Source: Thalia democratica
Lineage: Eukaryota
Length of the DNA stretch: 64,000 bases
Direction of reading: 5' to 3'
Assembly (NCBI GenBank): GCA_965202585.1
Contig: OZ241830.1
Location: forward strand, 70,494,001-70,558,000
The position numbers and the translations under genes are program-made. Below the pieces are notes generated by a model. The model saw only the letters and a list, made by a program, of their open reading frames with translations. It did no database searches and was not told the origin of the DNA. Positions 15,301 through 28,300 of the stretch are shown piece by piece. Every line of letters starts with the position of its first letter. The stretch's first letter is position 1.

Positions 15301-16208
15301 GCTTTACTGTCACAAAAAAATCAATTTTCAAGGTCTTTAAAACTTTGCTCGTTAATACATATAGGGAATATGAGTTAAATTGTAATAAAGTTAAATATTA
15401 TAAGCTAATAACAAGTAAGTAACTAATATAATTATATGTAAATATAAGCATAGTTAAAAAAAAAATATTTGTTTATAAATCAGATAATTGCAAAGAATTT
15501 CAACAAATAAATATAACTTTCCTTGTATAGTTTATTTCAATTTATGATTTTTAGTATGTTTATAAAGTAAATTTAGAACCGAAATACTACGAATTATTTT
15601 GGAAAGTAAATTAGACCGACAATTTAATATCATAAATTATTTTATTTGAATTATTTCAAAAAGGCAGCAATGTAATATAAAAATATTCATATCTGCATCA
15701 CACAAATTATTTAACAAAAAAAATGTTTTTGAATGTTTTCACAGACAAGTAATTCACTTAAGATTGATACATACATAGCATAGATGAAATATTTTCAACA
15801 ATAAGTTTCCAATTGTTTCTGATGTAAAATACAATACCTTATTTTACTTAAACTATCTAACTTGATTATTTTTGCAAAGTGTATGAATCCGGATTAATTC
15901 TAAATCGGTTAAAATTATTTTTATTTTTTATTTATATAAACTAAAACAACCTAAGGTAAGTTTAAAAAATTTAAGATATTTTGGTTATAAAAACGCATTA
16001 TATATCAAATTAATTCAAACTAACTTAATAAATTAGTCTGCATTAAAAGTCTACCAATTTTTTTTTGAAATATACAACTTATTATAAAATAGTTTGTTAC
16101 ATATTGAACTAATATTAATATTTATGTAATGTTTTATAAAAGTTTATAACATTCCTGTATATTTTTACTACCTAATGTGGACAAAATCTAGTAAGGTGTG
16201 GTAAGTAT

Positions 16209-17372
16209 TAAGGGTGTCGCCATGGGGTGGAACGCTGGAGCTGTAGCTCCACCTAAAAAAATTAAAAAACATGCTTTTTTTTTGTGATTTCAGAGTTTAA
16301 GCCTTTAAACACGCTTCTTTAAATGGGCCTCTGCTTCAGCTGTACAACCCCAAAATATGTCAAAGTAAATTTATTTCAAAGTTTAGGAATTAAGCTTTAA
16401 AATAATGTAAAGTATTTTGTATTAGCCTAAAAAGCAAGAAAGTTATATTATCATGAAGTTGTACAATAAATAAAACCAAATGTGTACATGAACGTCGTAA
16501 ATTTCCCTGCTTAATAAGTTATTTTCAAATTTTTGTGTTTGATATTCAAAATGTTTGTTAATTTGCAGCTGCAAGCTCAATCTGTGTCAGCTTCATCTTA
16601 AATGTTTACAAGTTTTCAATACAAAAAATGTTAAAAACTTGAATTCTGGAGCTGCATAAACTTTCAGCACCATTTGAGTTAAACTATGATCGTTGTTTAA
16701 AATTTACTACAGCGCAAGAACAATAAGACAAGTTGACAGAAGAAACTCGAGTAGGGAATACTCAAGCAGAGGCAATTCGAGCAGGAAGAACTCAAGATGG
16801 GGCAACTCGAGCAGAAGCAATTCAAGCTGGGAAAACTCGAGCAGGAGCAAATTCAAGCAGGAAAAAATCGAGCAGGGGTAATTCGAGCAGGGAAAACTCG
16901 AACAGGAGCAAATCAAGCAAGGAAAACTCGAGCAGGAAAAACTCGAGCCGGCGAAACTCAAACAGGATCAACTCGAGCAGGAACAAATCGAGCAGGGAAA
17001 ACTCGAGCAGGGGCAACATCGTCTTTTTAAGTTACTTGCAGGATTTTATTTTTATTTTTTACCTCTAGTCAGATAAGTCATAAAATTTATGTAGTAAATT
17101 TATAATTGTGAAAATACAGAAACTTACATGGACATAAATAAAAATAAAAGTAGCTATAGTTGTTAGGAGAAGATGATGATATACAAAGGTATGAATAATG
17201 TGTTTTTTAAATTTTTATTTGTTATGTAATTAAACAAATATGTGCAATATTTTTCTGAAAAGTTTGCTAATTCGTCATGACTTGAATCTAATTATTTCAA
17301 ACTAGAAGACTTTTTAATTTGACAATGTCAATCTGCAGCACCCCCTAACAAAAAGACCACGCGATACCACTG
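16209..17372. mobile_element. Non-autonomous hAT-like DNA transposon inserted in copy 2
   Basis: Absent at the homologous site of copy 1 (~7400) and copy 3. Direct repeat gtaagtat at 16201-16208 and 17373-17380. Degenerate TIRs taagggtgtcgcc / cgcgataccactg. Confidence 0.85.
16742..17011. repeat. 15-bp minisatellite (consensus ~aaaactcgagcaggg), about 18 copies, inside the hAT-like element
   Basis: Visible periodicity; produces pentapeptide-repeat ORFs (NSSRx, KTRAG, KLEQE, LLEFS) in several frames on both strands. Confidence 0.95.
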
Positions 17373-19327
17373 GTAAGTATTGTTTAACTTTACAGAAATG
17401 ATGATAAAATCATAATTTTTTTTATGGCATTTTTTAAAAATATAGTAGCATTGCAGTTTAAAAAAAGTTCTAAACTAAACTGTATAAAAAGTAAATATAA
17501 AGTTTTACTGTTTTCTCGTCCCTATAAGCTTAATATCAAATAGTTTAGGTAAAAATTTAATGAATTTTCAGAAGAAGGTAATGATTATATTTATTTATCA
17601 ACTACTCTGTAAAATCATTCAAGACAAGTTTGAACTTTTTTTCAAATCTAGTATTTTAGTTTACAAAGTTTTTTTTTTATCTCCGAAGTTTGTTTATTCA
17701 TAAAATCTAATACTTTGAATAAGATATTAATTTACAAATCATAGGTGCAAGTCTCAATAGCGTTCTAAAGATTGAAATCATATTAATTGTTTCGTTTAAA
17801 ACGAATAGAAGAATTACCTCACAAAACATTTTTTAGATGACATCATAAATATATTTTGAGTTTTTTCTAAAACTTATAGTAAATATCGTTCTTAGAAATA
17901 TTTTTGTTTATATAATTTCGTTTTATTATTATTTTATTTATTATAGTACATATCAATAGTTATTATTTTGTTAAAACAGCTGCAATATTTTTTTTCCTAA
18001 TTACTTTCTTCAAACGATATAATTAATAATTATTGTTTAATAAGATCAAAGTTCATTACAATTCTCAACATTTTTTTAGTTGTAAAATATTTTCTTTGAT
18101 TTCAACAACATTTTTCAGTAAAAATTTTTTACAAAATATTTTGATTTATAACTTGATTTATACACAATTTTTTTAATTGCTTAAAAGATGTTTATAAATA
18201 ACAAGTTAAACTATAAAAACTTTCAGACATTGTTTTTTGAACAACGTTACTTAAAACTCGTAAATTACTTTTTTTTTGTTGAGGTTGATGTTGTTAAGAA
18301 GGTGTAACTTTTTTTTTTATAACAAAAATCGTATAAAAAGAAATGTATTTATGTTTTATTTTTTGAGTTATATAAAATAAGTAAGTTTAAACTTCAACTA
18401 TGACTGACTGTATGCTACAGTTTTAAATGTAATTGTTGTCTACTTTTAGTTAGAATTTTAGTACTACTGATTAACTTTTTTAACTTATAATAAACAGTTT
18501 TAAAAAATCAGAGTAGAATGTAATCCTAAAAAAGTAAACTTATAAATTTATAAAAAAATAAGAGTGGTTTGCAATTATTTTAATTTTTTATATAAAAATG
18601 TTGAAACACAACCTCGTTAATAATTTTACAATACTTAAATAACAATAAAAAAAAATATTTTGCTTTCTTTGTTATATACAACTAGCAAACTTTACTTTTA
18701 CTAATTTTAAAAGTAGTAAAAGTAGGTTATAACATCAAAAATACCAAGATAATGAATCTAACAACAACTAAATAATAAAAGTATTACTAGATAACTAAAA
18801 GCAAGTTTTATTGCCTTTACTTTTAAAATCGAAAAAAATACATTATTATTTACCATTGATAACAGTATATATACTAACTTAAGAAGTACTATTTTAACTA
18901 TTTATTAAATATGTTTTATTTTTCTTATGACATCAAATTTTGGTTTTCATATTATTCTTAGTAATATTCGAATATTATATTGAATGCAAAATTTGTGTTG
19001 CAACTTTTAAATTTATTTACTATAAGCAGTATGTGATAGCGTTTAGTAGTTTTTGTTATGATTGTCAAAAATGTATTTTTAAAATTATTCATAAGTTAAG
19101 TATGTACTGGTAAAAATCTTTAAATATTTTTCTAATATTTTTAAAATTGTTAATATTTGAAAATCTTACAACACAAAATTTTGTAAGCAACTTGTACTCC
19201 AAAGAATTACGAGAGTATAATTTTTCGTAAATCTATACTATTATAAACTTTTTAAGTTTTGACTTGGTAAAGTTTAAGTAATTTAATTTATTTTTGTACT
19301 AAAATTTATAACTTATTAATATAAAAA

Positions 19328-19837
19328 ATTGAAGTAAATTTTTGCAAGTTTACGTCTAATTTATAAAAGTATGAGCTTAATATGAGCTAAATTGTGAATA
19401 ATATTTTTTCAAATTACTTCCGTATTACCTTAAATTTGACTGACATTAATAAGAATTGTGAGGCTTATCGATTTGTTGACGGGTAACTTTTGCAATTTTA
19501 TTTATACGAATTCAAGAATTTTAAGTATCATCCAAGTATTGCATTATTGTCCTTAAACTTAAATAACTATAAACTCTTACTATTAAGTAAAAACTTGAAC
19601 TTGAATTATGATAATAAAATAAATGCAGCGTTTTAGGCATCCCCAAAACAAAAACAATTTAGCTCATATTTTCAACATATTATGTTGATTCGTCTAGACT
19701 ATTTACTGAGCATAATTACTTCATACTTGAGTGACAGTCAGACGTATAACGACACTTTATCCAATAAAGTCATATCATTAGATAAATATAAAAAAGCTTG
19801 TTTTTATCAGTTTAACAAAATCCTTGTCAGGTTTTGA
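19328..19837 (+). pseudogene. Best-preserved segment of the cryptic long reading frame in the macro-repeat (product unidentified)
   Basis: 170 codons in one frame with only 3 TAA + 1 TAG before the TGA, far fewer than expected at ~80% AT. 12 of 22 differences versus copy 1 (9340-9600) are synonymous in this frame, including first-position CTA/TTA and AGA/CGA. Confidence 0.6.
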
Positions 19838-22384
19838 GTAAATTGTAAAGTGAAAAGATGCTTTAAGTGTGACTATTTTTTTAAAGCTGTATTTTAGTAA
19901 AATATTCGATGTATTTATTCTTGTTTATTTTAGGATAAATAATTAATTACAATCAGCTCTATAGAACACACGTATTAACTTGAATCGTCTTCCTTACAAA
20001 ACAAACTTACAATACTTGAATATGTTCAAATAAAACAGGACACTTTTTATGTCTGTCTTAAAAAGATATTTTCTTCTTTCAAAACTATTAACTTGTCGGT
20101 ATTTTTTTGTGTCTGCTTCTTAACATAGCATTGTAAAAATTGTTTTAAAGGTAAAAGTGCATTAAATGAGTCTTGTAAAATATATAAACACGTGCACTTT
20201 TTAAGCAAAACTTCAATATTGAATCTTAATAATACTCATTTTTTATAACAAATTAATTTTACTTTCAATTAATTTACTTAACGTTCCTAATGACTACTAT
20301 CTTATAACTTAATGAAGACTTAAAGTATAAAAACTTTAGAATTACTTAAGTATATATATTTAAACATAATATATTTTTTTTCTAATTTTGTAAAAACTTA
20401 TTCTAACTTGGTGAGGTATCTTTTATGATTTGAAAGAAGTAACTAAACTTATATTTAACCAATTAATCTTTCGAAACTCTTATATGTGCTTAAAATTTTA
20501 TTTATTCTTAGACTGCTAAAAATACATGTAACTCAGTGAAGTTTATAATATAAGAAAATAACTTTATAACAATTAAGTTAGTACTCACTATAATATTATA
20601 ATTGTTATAAGAATAAAAAGTGTAAAAACATTTTATTTAGTAATTTTTTTTGCTTAATTAGTAAAGATTCTCAAATAAATAAATACAAATATTTGAATAA
20701 TATAATTTTTTTTTCTGTATACCAAAAGGAAAACGTTTACACTTGTTTAACATATAAAAACAAGTTTAAGTGAAAGTCACGTTTATTTATTAATGATTGA
20801 ATTTAAAATATAACCTAATAAAAACATCATCAAAATCTTGGTAACATTGTAAAGGTGTTTTTTTTTAGATTTTTTAACCTTTATCACTTCTGTTAACATC
20901 ACTTATCTAATTAATTAACGCTAATAAATTTAATTAACATTTTATTTCTTATATGCGTCAATTGATTAGGATAATTATATAAATAAACAATAAAGACCTT
21001 GTATGACCTGTTGTTATTACTCATGATTTAATTTTATATAAAACTAAAATTATTTTGTGTCAGTATTTGTTTTATTACTAAACCTTATTATTTAAAACTT
21101 TTTCAGTTTACTTGTAAATGTTTTTTACTTATTAGTTCTTTAAAGAAAGTAAACCTACTTTAGACAAAAATAGATAAATATTTTGAATGTTAAAAATACA
21201 TATGTTCAACAAAACTTTAAATAAACAAAAAGTAATACATATATTTGAAAAAAATTAAATTTCTTGTGAAAGTTATAAAAAACTGACTTATAAAAGTAAG
21301 TTTCAGTTCGAACTTTTTTTAAAAAGGAACTTTTAACTTCAAAGTAAACTATTGGTTTAGCATTTATATTAAAATTCAACTAAAAAACGCTATAAATTAA
21401 TACTTCACAAACATTAAATAAATTTTTTAATGTTTTTTTTTTATGGCAAGGTTTAAAATTTGTTTGAAGCTTAAAAAATGCTTTGCTATGCTTTTACTTT
21501 TTTCGTTTGTATTCAAAAAAGCGTCAAAACTTCACTTGTATTTAATTCTTGATGGCAAACATTAAGTGTTTTGATGAAGTCACACAGAAGTTGCAAAAAG
21601 CTACAAATGTTTTAATAACAATTACATAATTCTAAAAAAGTGTTTTCATCAATATAAACTATTTGTTGCCTTTCATCTCTCACATATAAAAATATTAACC
21701 TGTTTAACTTCATTTCTGCACACATCAACCGCAAGTCGGTTAAATTGTGCGAAAAATATTAGTTTGAGGTTTTATTTGACGTAAATAAATAATCTAAATC
21801 AAGCCATTATTCACTGATGATTAAATTAATGGCAATCTGTCTTTCATTTTGATTTTCGGAAACAATGTTCTATTTGTTTAATACTATTACCATTTTTTCT
21901 TCTGATCATTACGTCGTTTTTTAAATAAAAATAAAACTTTAACGTCTAACAGACTTAAATAAACTTTAAAATGAAATTAAAAATAAATGAGACTACAGTC
22001 AAATAATTTATAAATAACACTACTTATAAAAATACCGACTAATTTGTAAAATAAATGTTTACTAAAAGTTTTTCATCGACATAAAGTAATAAGCTTAGGG
22101 AAAAAGTATTTTAACTACAAAATATTATTATTTGTAGTTTTACCTTTCATATCACTACTGATGACATTTCTTTTATGTATGTTCATTTTAATTCTTTAAT
22201 GTAATTATTATTAAGTTTGAAGGTAGACATGTATTAATCTATCTCATGATGTGCACATTAGTGTAAATAAAAAAATTACATTTAAAAGAAGTATATATTG
22301 AGGTGCAATTTTTCAAATAGTTTATAATATAAATTAAGTCTATTTATTTTTCATTTATTGTTTATAGTAACTTTTTATAGAAGG

Positions 22385-25300
22385 TTCTAATATGTCTAAA
22401 TCCCCCTGTAACACTATAGAAATTTAAAGTTATTACTAAAATTTTCTTTTTCAACTAAAGTGTTAATAGTTTATACATTGTGTGTAATTGTATTTATTAA
22501 ATTATACAGCTCAGCCCTGATAGACAAGAAAAAGTAAAAACATTTTGAGTTTTAAATAATATGTTCGAAAGCATCATTGCTGTACATTGATATTTTTGAT
22601 TAGTATAAACATTTTAAAGTTTTAAAACTTATAGAAAATTAAAGAAATATATATACTTTATAACATTGTCATAGTTTTGGAATGTACATGCATATTAAAA
22701 GTAGCACCCTAATAGGAACTGAGAAAACTTTTCTTGTAAAACTTTCAAAATGAGAACGAAAATAAACATGATATAATAAATAGTTATTTGCATGATAATC
22801 ACAGGAATTATGTTGAAATCTAAATACGAGTCATGCGAAAAGGTCACAGAGTTGATACCGTTTATAAGGAGTTCATATATAATAATAGCTTTCAAGTTTT
22901 CAGAGTCCGAAAATGAGAGTTTTGATGTAAAAAGACTTTTTACTTTCATTTTTTTCTCAACATTAAAAAACTGGACATCAAATAAGTTTTATTAAGTTCT
23001 TACAAGTATGAAACACTTTGATTTTTTATAAAAGTCTCATCTTAATAAAAGAAATAAAAGAAAACTAACTTTTTTTATTTAAACTAAATAAAAAAAATAA
23101 TAATCTTTAAAAGTTTATTATTTAACTATAAACTAATTTATTTCGTGTTTCAGTTTTTATTTATTTTTTTTTTTTTGACTATAAAAACTGCTAAATTTAC
23201 TGAGTGAAAAGCTTATGTTGTATACAAGCTAAAAAAAGGGAAAAAAATAAATATGTACCTGACGAAATATAATATATCTATATCAACAATAATGACTATC
23301 ACTACATTTTAAACAACAAATATTTCAAAAACAGGACTAATATTTTTGTTTAAAAATAATTTTTCATTATGTGAAAAATAATTAATTAATCTGTAACGTT
23401 ATTTAAAGAAGTTTTTAAATACAAAATTATTGTTGTTAACTAATTAATACTTAAAATGTATGCTTTTCAAAAAGTGCATAACTTTTATATGCTACTTTGT
23501 TCCTAATGATATATAGTTTTACAAATTATTGTTTACAACTTTAAATTTTTGCAATTGTAAACCATTTAAAATATATTTTAATTGAATTCTAATAATAAAA
23601 GCTGAATTTTTTTTTTTTTAAAACAAAGTAAAAATTAAATAATACAAAATTTGCTAATTAATAGTTTATTAATAAACACAAATTAAACTTTTTTTAATAA
23701 AAGACTAGTTAAACTTATCAAAAATCATACCATTTTAGAAAAGTTTGTAAACTTTTAAGGTAATTATACTGTTTAGCTTTTTAATTTATACTTAGGCTTA
23801 TGTTTTGTTTGAAGTAGTTAGAAAGAGGTAATAAAATTTGATAATTATAGTAATATCTTTCGAAACTAATCTTTTTATATTTTGTACAATTATTTAGTAT
23901 ATGAAAAAAATAATTACTTAATGTAAATTATAATTAAGTGTTGAAAATATATGTTTATCACATAACTCTTTATTTTATTTTTTAGTTGTATTAAAAAAAA
24001 TACAATGCAAAATTTTATTTCTTTGTAAGTAACAACAACAAGTATAAGAATTTGTTATTTACTTTAGCTAATTAATTAATTTAATTATCTCTGCTAAAAA
24101 TTTATTCAAAACAAATAAGTATAGGTTTAGAATTAGAACTACGATAACATAAATTACTAAAATGAATAAAGCTAACTTACAGACCAAAAAATTCATTATA
24201 AATTAAAACAGTGTTTTTAGGAATAAAGATACATTCTAAAATATTTATAATTAAAAAAGTAAAAATCATACCAGAGATGATATACTGACATTTATAAGCC
24301 GCTAAAATAGCGTTACAAAAACTGGATTTCAAAATACTTTTACAGTTGTTAAAATTTTTTAAAATTTGTCATGTTTTCTTATATACTTGTTTTTTATGCT
24401 TTTAAAAACCGTATCATTGAAAATTTTAAATATAAAGCGTTCAAATACACCGTAGGTAAAGCGTGCAAAACTTTGTAATTTTCAAAATTTAATCGTGTTA
24501 CCTTTTTAATGCAGCACTGTTTATTATTTACACGATATAATCTACACTTTTTAAAGGGTAATTTAAATATCTTGGGTTGCACTGAGTGTACCTCTATTGA
24601 TTATATTCACGGAATTTTATTTTTGTAAAGTAACTTAAATCAAAGTGTTTTTATAAGATCATAAGTAATTATATTTTTTGGAAGTGAGTACTTGTTTATA
24701 AAGGTTTGATTTATAATTAAAGTAATAATTTAATTGAATTAGTTACATGCATTGAAATTTTTACTCTTCTGTTTTTGAAAAAAAAAAAGATAATAAAAAC
24801 AAATAGTTTTTTATATTTTAAAACAATATAAGTTTCAAACCAATCTATAAGCTATTTAAAATTTATAATAATATTTAATGATCATTTCTTATTATCCAAA
24901 GTAAAAATTGGTGAAACAATTAAAAAGTTATGTTAATATACTTATATAGTAAGTATTATATCATTAAGTTTTCGTAACTTACAATATCAATTTTGATATT
25001 TAATACTACTTTTATAAACTCGTTTTTTTTTAGTTTTCACAACTGCGGTTGTTTAAAAACCATTTGTTATCCACTATGTTAAGCAAAACTTATTAAAACT
25101 ATAACTAATGATGAGTTAAAAGTAACTAATTCAAAACTTACCAAAATCAAGAACTATCTTACTATATAGGTTAAGAACATGCGTTATTTCGTAAAGTTGT
25201 TCGTGGATTACTTTTTTATTAGTTATTCCATTATTTGAACGTTTGTTTACATTTTGCTGAAATATTTCAAGTATGCACGATAAATCTATCTTAAAATCCT

Positions 25301-28300
25301 GCTATGCTATAACAAAACAAATCATTTTTTGCGTGTCTTTAAAACTTTGTTTATTAATAAATTTTAGAAATATAAGTATTAAGATCGTTTATTTTATTGT
25401 AAAATTTTTGTTATTCCAATGTGATTTTTTCTTGTAAAAGCAACTCATAATTGTACAGATTAGCTATAAAAAGCACGGCTTACACAGAAATATTTTAAAT
25501 TTTTGCCTTGAGTTACGCACCTATTAGCTTTGTTACTCATGTCTTTTACTTTTAAAGTTTTCAATTTAAATAGTTTGCGACCTTTTATTCATCCGTTGGA
25601 AGTAAACAAAATAAAACTATATATAAAGTAGTGATTTGCATTTTATTGTATTTAAGTTATATGTGAACCGAAATTTAAATAACTCTTTCTGATATTCTCT
25701 TTATTTTGTGGTTGAAGATTGTTCTACTTGCATTTACTAATCTTTTATTATCATATAGATTTCTAAATGCTAAAAATAGTTGGTAAGTTGATTTGATTTT
25801 AAAACTTTTAATAAGAAAACTTACAAAAAAATTCTTAATAGTTAACAATTTAATATTTGGTTATTCTATAACAAGACAAGCATATATATTATGAAAAGCT
25901 TATATTTTTAATTTTGAGGGTAGACCAAGCTTCACGTAATTTAAAGAATTTATAAAGCAAATTACAATACTCTGTTAAGTACAGTGTGGGTTGAAGTAAA
26001 ATAAATGTTTTTAAATAAGTTTAAAGTTTATAAACTTTTAGCAAACTGTTTAAGTAACTTTTCACTTATTTTGAAAAACACTTTATTTTTTATGTACTAA
26101 GCAATTTTTAAAACTTTCGACATTTACATTATAGAAAACTACTCATACAATTTAAAATAAAAAAGCCTTAAAATAAGTATACTATAATAAGTATATAATG
26201 TTAAAAGAAGCTATATTGCACTCTGTTATTTATTAGCAATAGTTTTAAATTGTAAAATATAACTGGTAATATAATGATGATAATTATATAACGATTATAA
26301 TATTTAAATTTGTACGGGAAAGAGTCAATGTTCGTTTGTAATTTGTCTATGTCATCAAGTATATAAAACAATCAAATGATTTTTTTAAATATCTTGTTAT
26401 ACTAGTTTGTACTATTGAGTATTATACCACCGTATTTTCTTCATTATATCTTTTTAAAATAAATGATAGTTATTAAATCAAATTAAGTCTAAGTTCACAA
26501 GTTGTTGCTGTTAAAATCGCCTCACAGCAACTTGACTTGCAGCAAATCAGTGCTTTTTTCACTTGAGCTTGCAAGCTTGAATAACCTTTTTTTTCTCTCT
26601 CTTTTCAGCAACTTGTCTGTTATTCGACGGGTTTCAAAAGCATTGAGCCTTCGGCATTAGCATTTCTTTCATGGTAAATTCCTTTTCACTGGCCTTACAT
26701 TCAATTAAATGTTACATTTATTTAAAATGATTTTTAATAAGTTTTACTGTTCGAATTAGTTCGGGAGACTTCGGGAATTTTCGGAATTTATAAAATGTAT
26801 GTTTTTTTTAATTGCCCGATAATCGATTCAAAAGTTCAAACTAATTTGTTTTAAAAACTTATATTAAATAACTATGCCATAGTTTTAATTTGTGTTTTTA
26901 TAAAAGTTTTTTCTTCCAAATATTTTAAATTGTAGTTACATATTTATATTTTAAAATATCTTGATTTATTGTATCTCAATTGTATTCTATTGTATTTCAA
27001 AAAATAATGTTAAAACGAATTTTATATTTTCGAATCATTTAACCATGTATTATTTGCAATGTAGTAACAAATTAATATATTCTTAACGTATGTGTTTATA
27101 AGTTTGTTCATTAATGATTAATTTTTAAATCTCTGTAATCTTATTAACCTAACTTAAACAATAGAAATTGTTTTAATGAACACATGTCTGAAAAATTATA
27201 TCATAATTCAAAGTTAAACGAGGATAAAAAAAAATATTGTAAAACAGTTTCCGTTCTTAATTATGTATAAAATGATAAATTATGAACAATTTTATACATA
27301 GTTTCAGGTTTATAAAAACATGATTTAAGAAAAATTGGCGAAACCAAGAGTTAAAAAATAATTGGTAAAGACGTATTTTTAAAAATATTGCAACATAAAG
27401 CATTTGTAATTTGCTAACAAGCCTTTGATTTTTGTCTTAATATGAATGTGACTAAGTCATTTAGGGTTTTTAAAGTAAAATTTTATTTCTTAAGTTAGTC
27501 GGTGAGAACACTGTAATAAATGTTTTTTTTTTATTAACAGGTTTTAGTGCTTTTATGTGCCAATTACTTTGATCTAGCAGAGTTGTTTACTTTAATTTCT
27601 TTTTTTTTTTTAATTTTTATATACTGAGTTTTGATCTTTTAAAGCTTAATCTAAGCAAATTAAAGTTTTCACCTTTCTCAAAAACTCTAGACACCACGCT
27701 TTAGAATTTTAAATAACTCGTGAAGTATTGAAATTTGATTTTAAATTAATTTTTAAGCACACATAAGTAAAATTTCTATGAATAACTTTATAGAAAAACA
27801 TAACAAAGAACCAAACAATGTTTCATTTAAATAACTGTCAATTTTAATTGGTTATTGTTCTAAACTATAATTAAGATAATTGGTTTCACTTTTTGTCATG
27901 CATGTTTTATCAGTCATTTTAAACACACGATTAAAAATAACTAGTGGTGAATTCAAAAAACTAGCAAATTTTATAAGAAACATACTTTTTTGAAACCGTT
28001 ACGTCATAAAGTTATTTTTATTTTGCTGCGAATCGTTCCGGTTTATTATTATCGTAAGTGTTATGACAACAACCATGTAAAAAAGAGGTCACTTTGGTTT
28101 GCTAATAACTGTTTCAACAATGAAGAATTTAAATGCTAATGAAAAAATTTGAATAAAATTTTATTTTGATTGATTGTTAAATCAATTTCATTTATTTATA
28201 TTTTAAACTTAAACTGATATTAATTTAGTGATTAGCTTACTATAAAATTTTTTTGTTATAAATTGCTGTCATTTTAAGATCATTGATAAAAATAAATAAA

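Larger units (their letters stand above)
12362..22370 (+). repeat. Copy 2 of macro-repeat (internal ~3.9-kb deletion, ~300-bp inversion, 1.16-kb TE insertion)
   Basis: Collinear with copy 1 at roughly 80% identity by eye. Lacks the copy-1 islands at 3555-3740 and 6090-6200. Confidence 0.95.

Noticed and set aside
16693-17068. Five overlapping ORFs in the ORF track
   Set aside because: By-products of a 15-bp (triplet-multiple) minisatellite inside a transposon.
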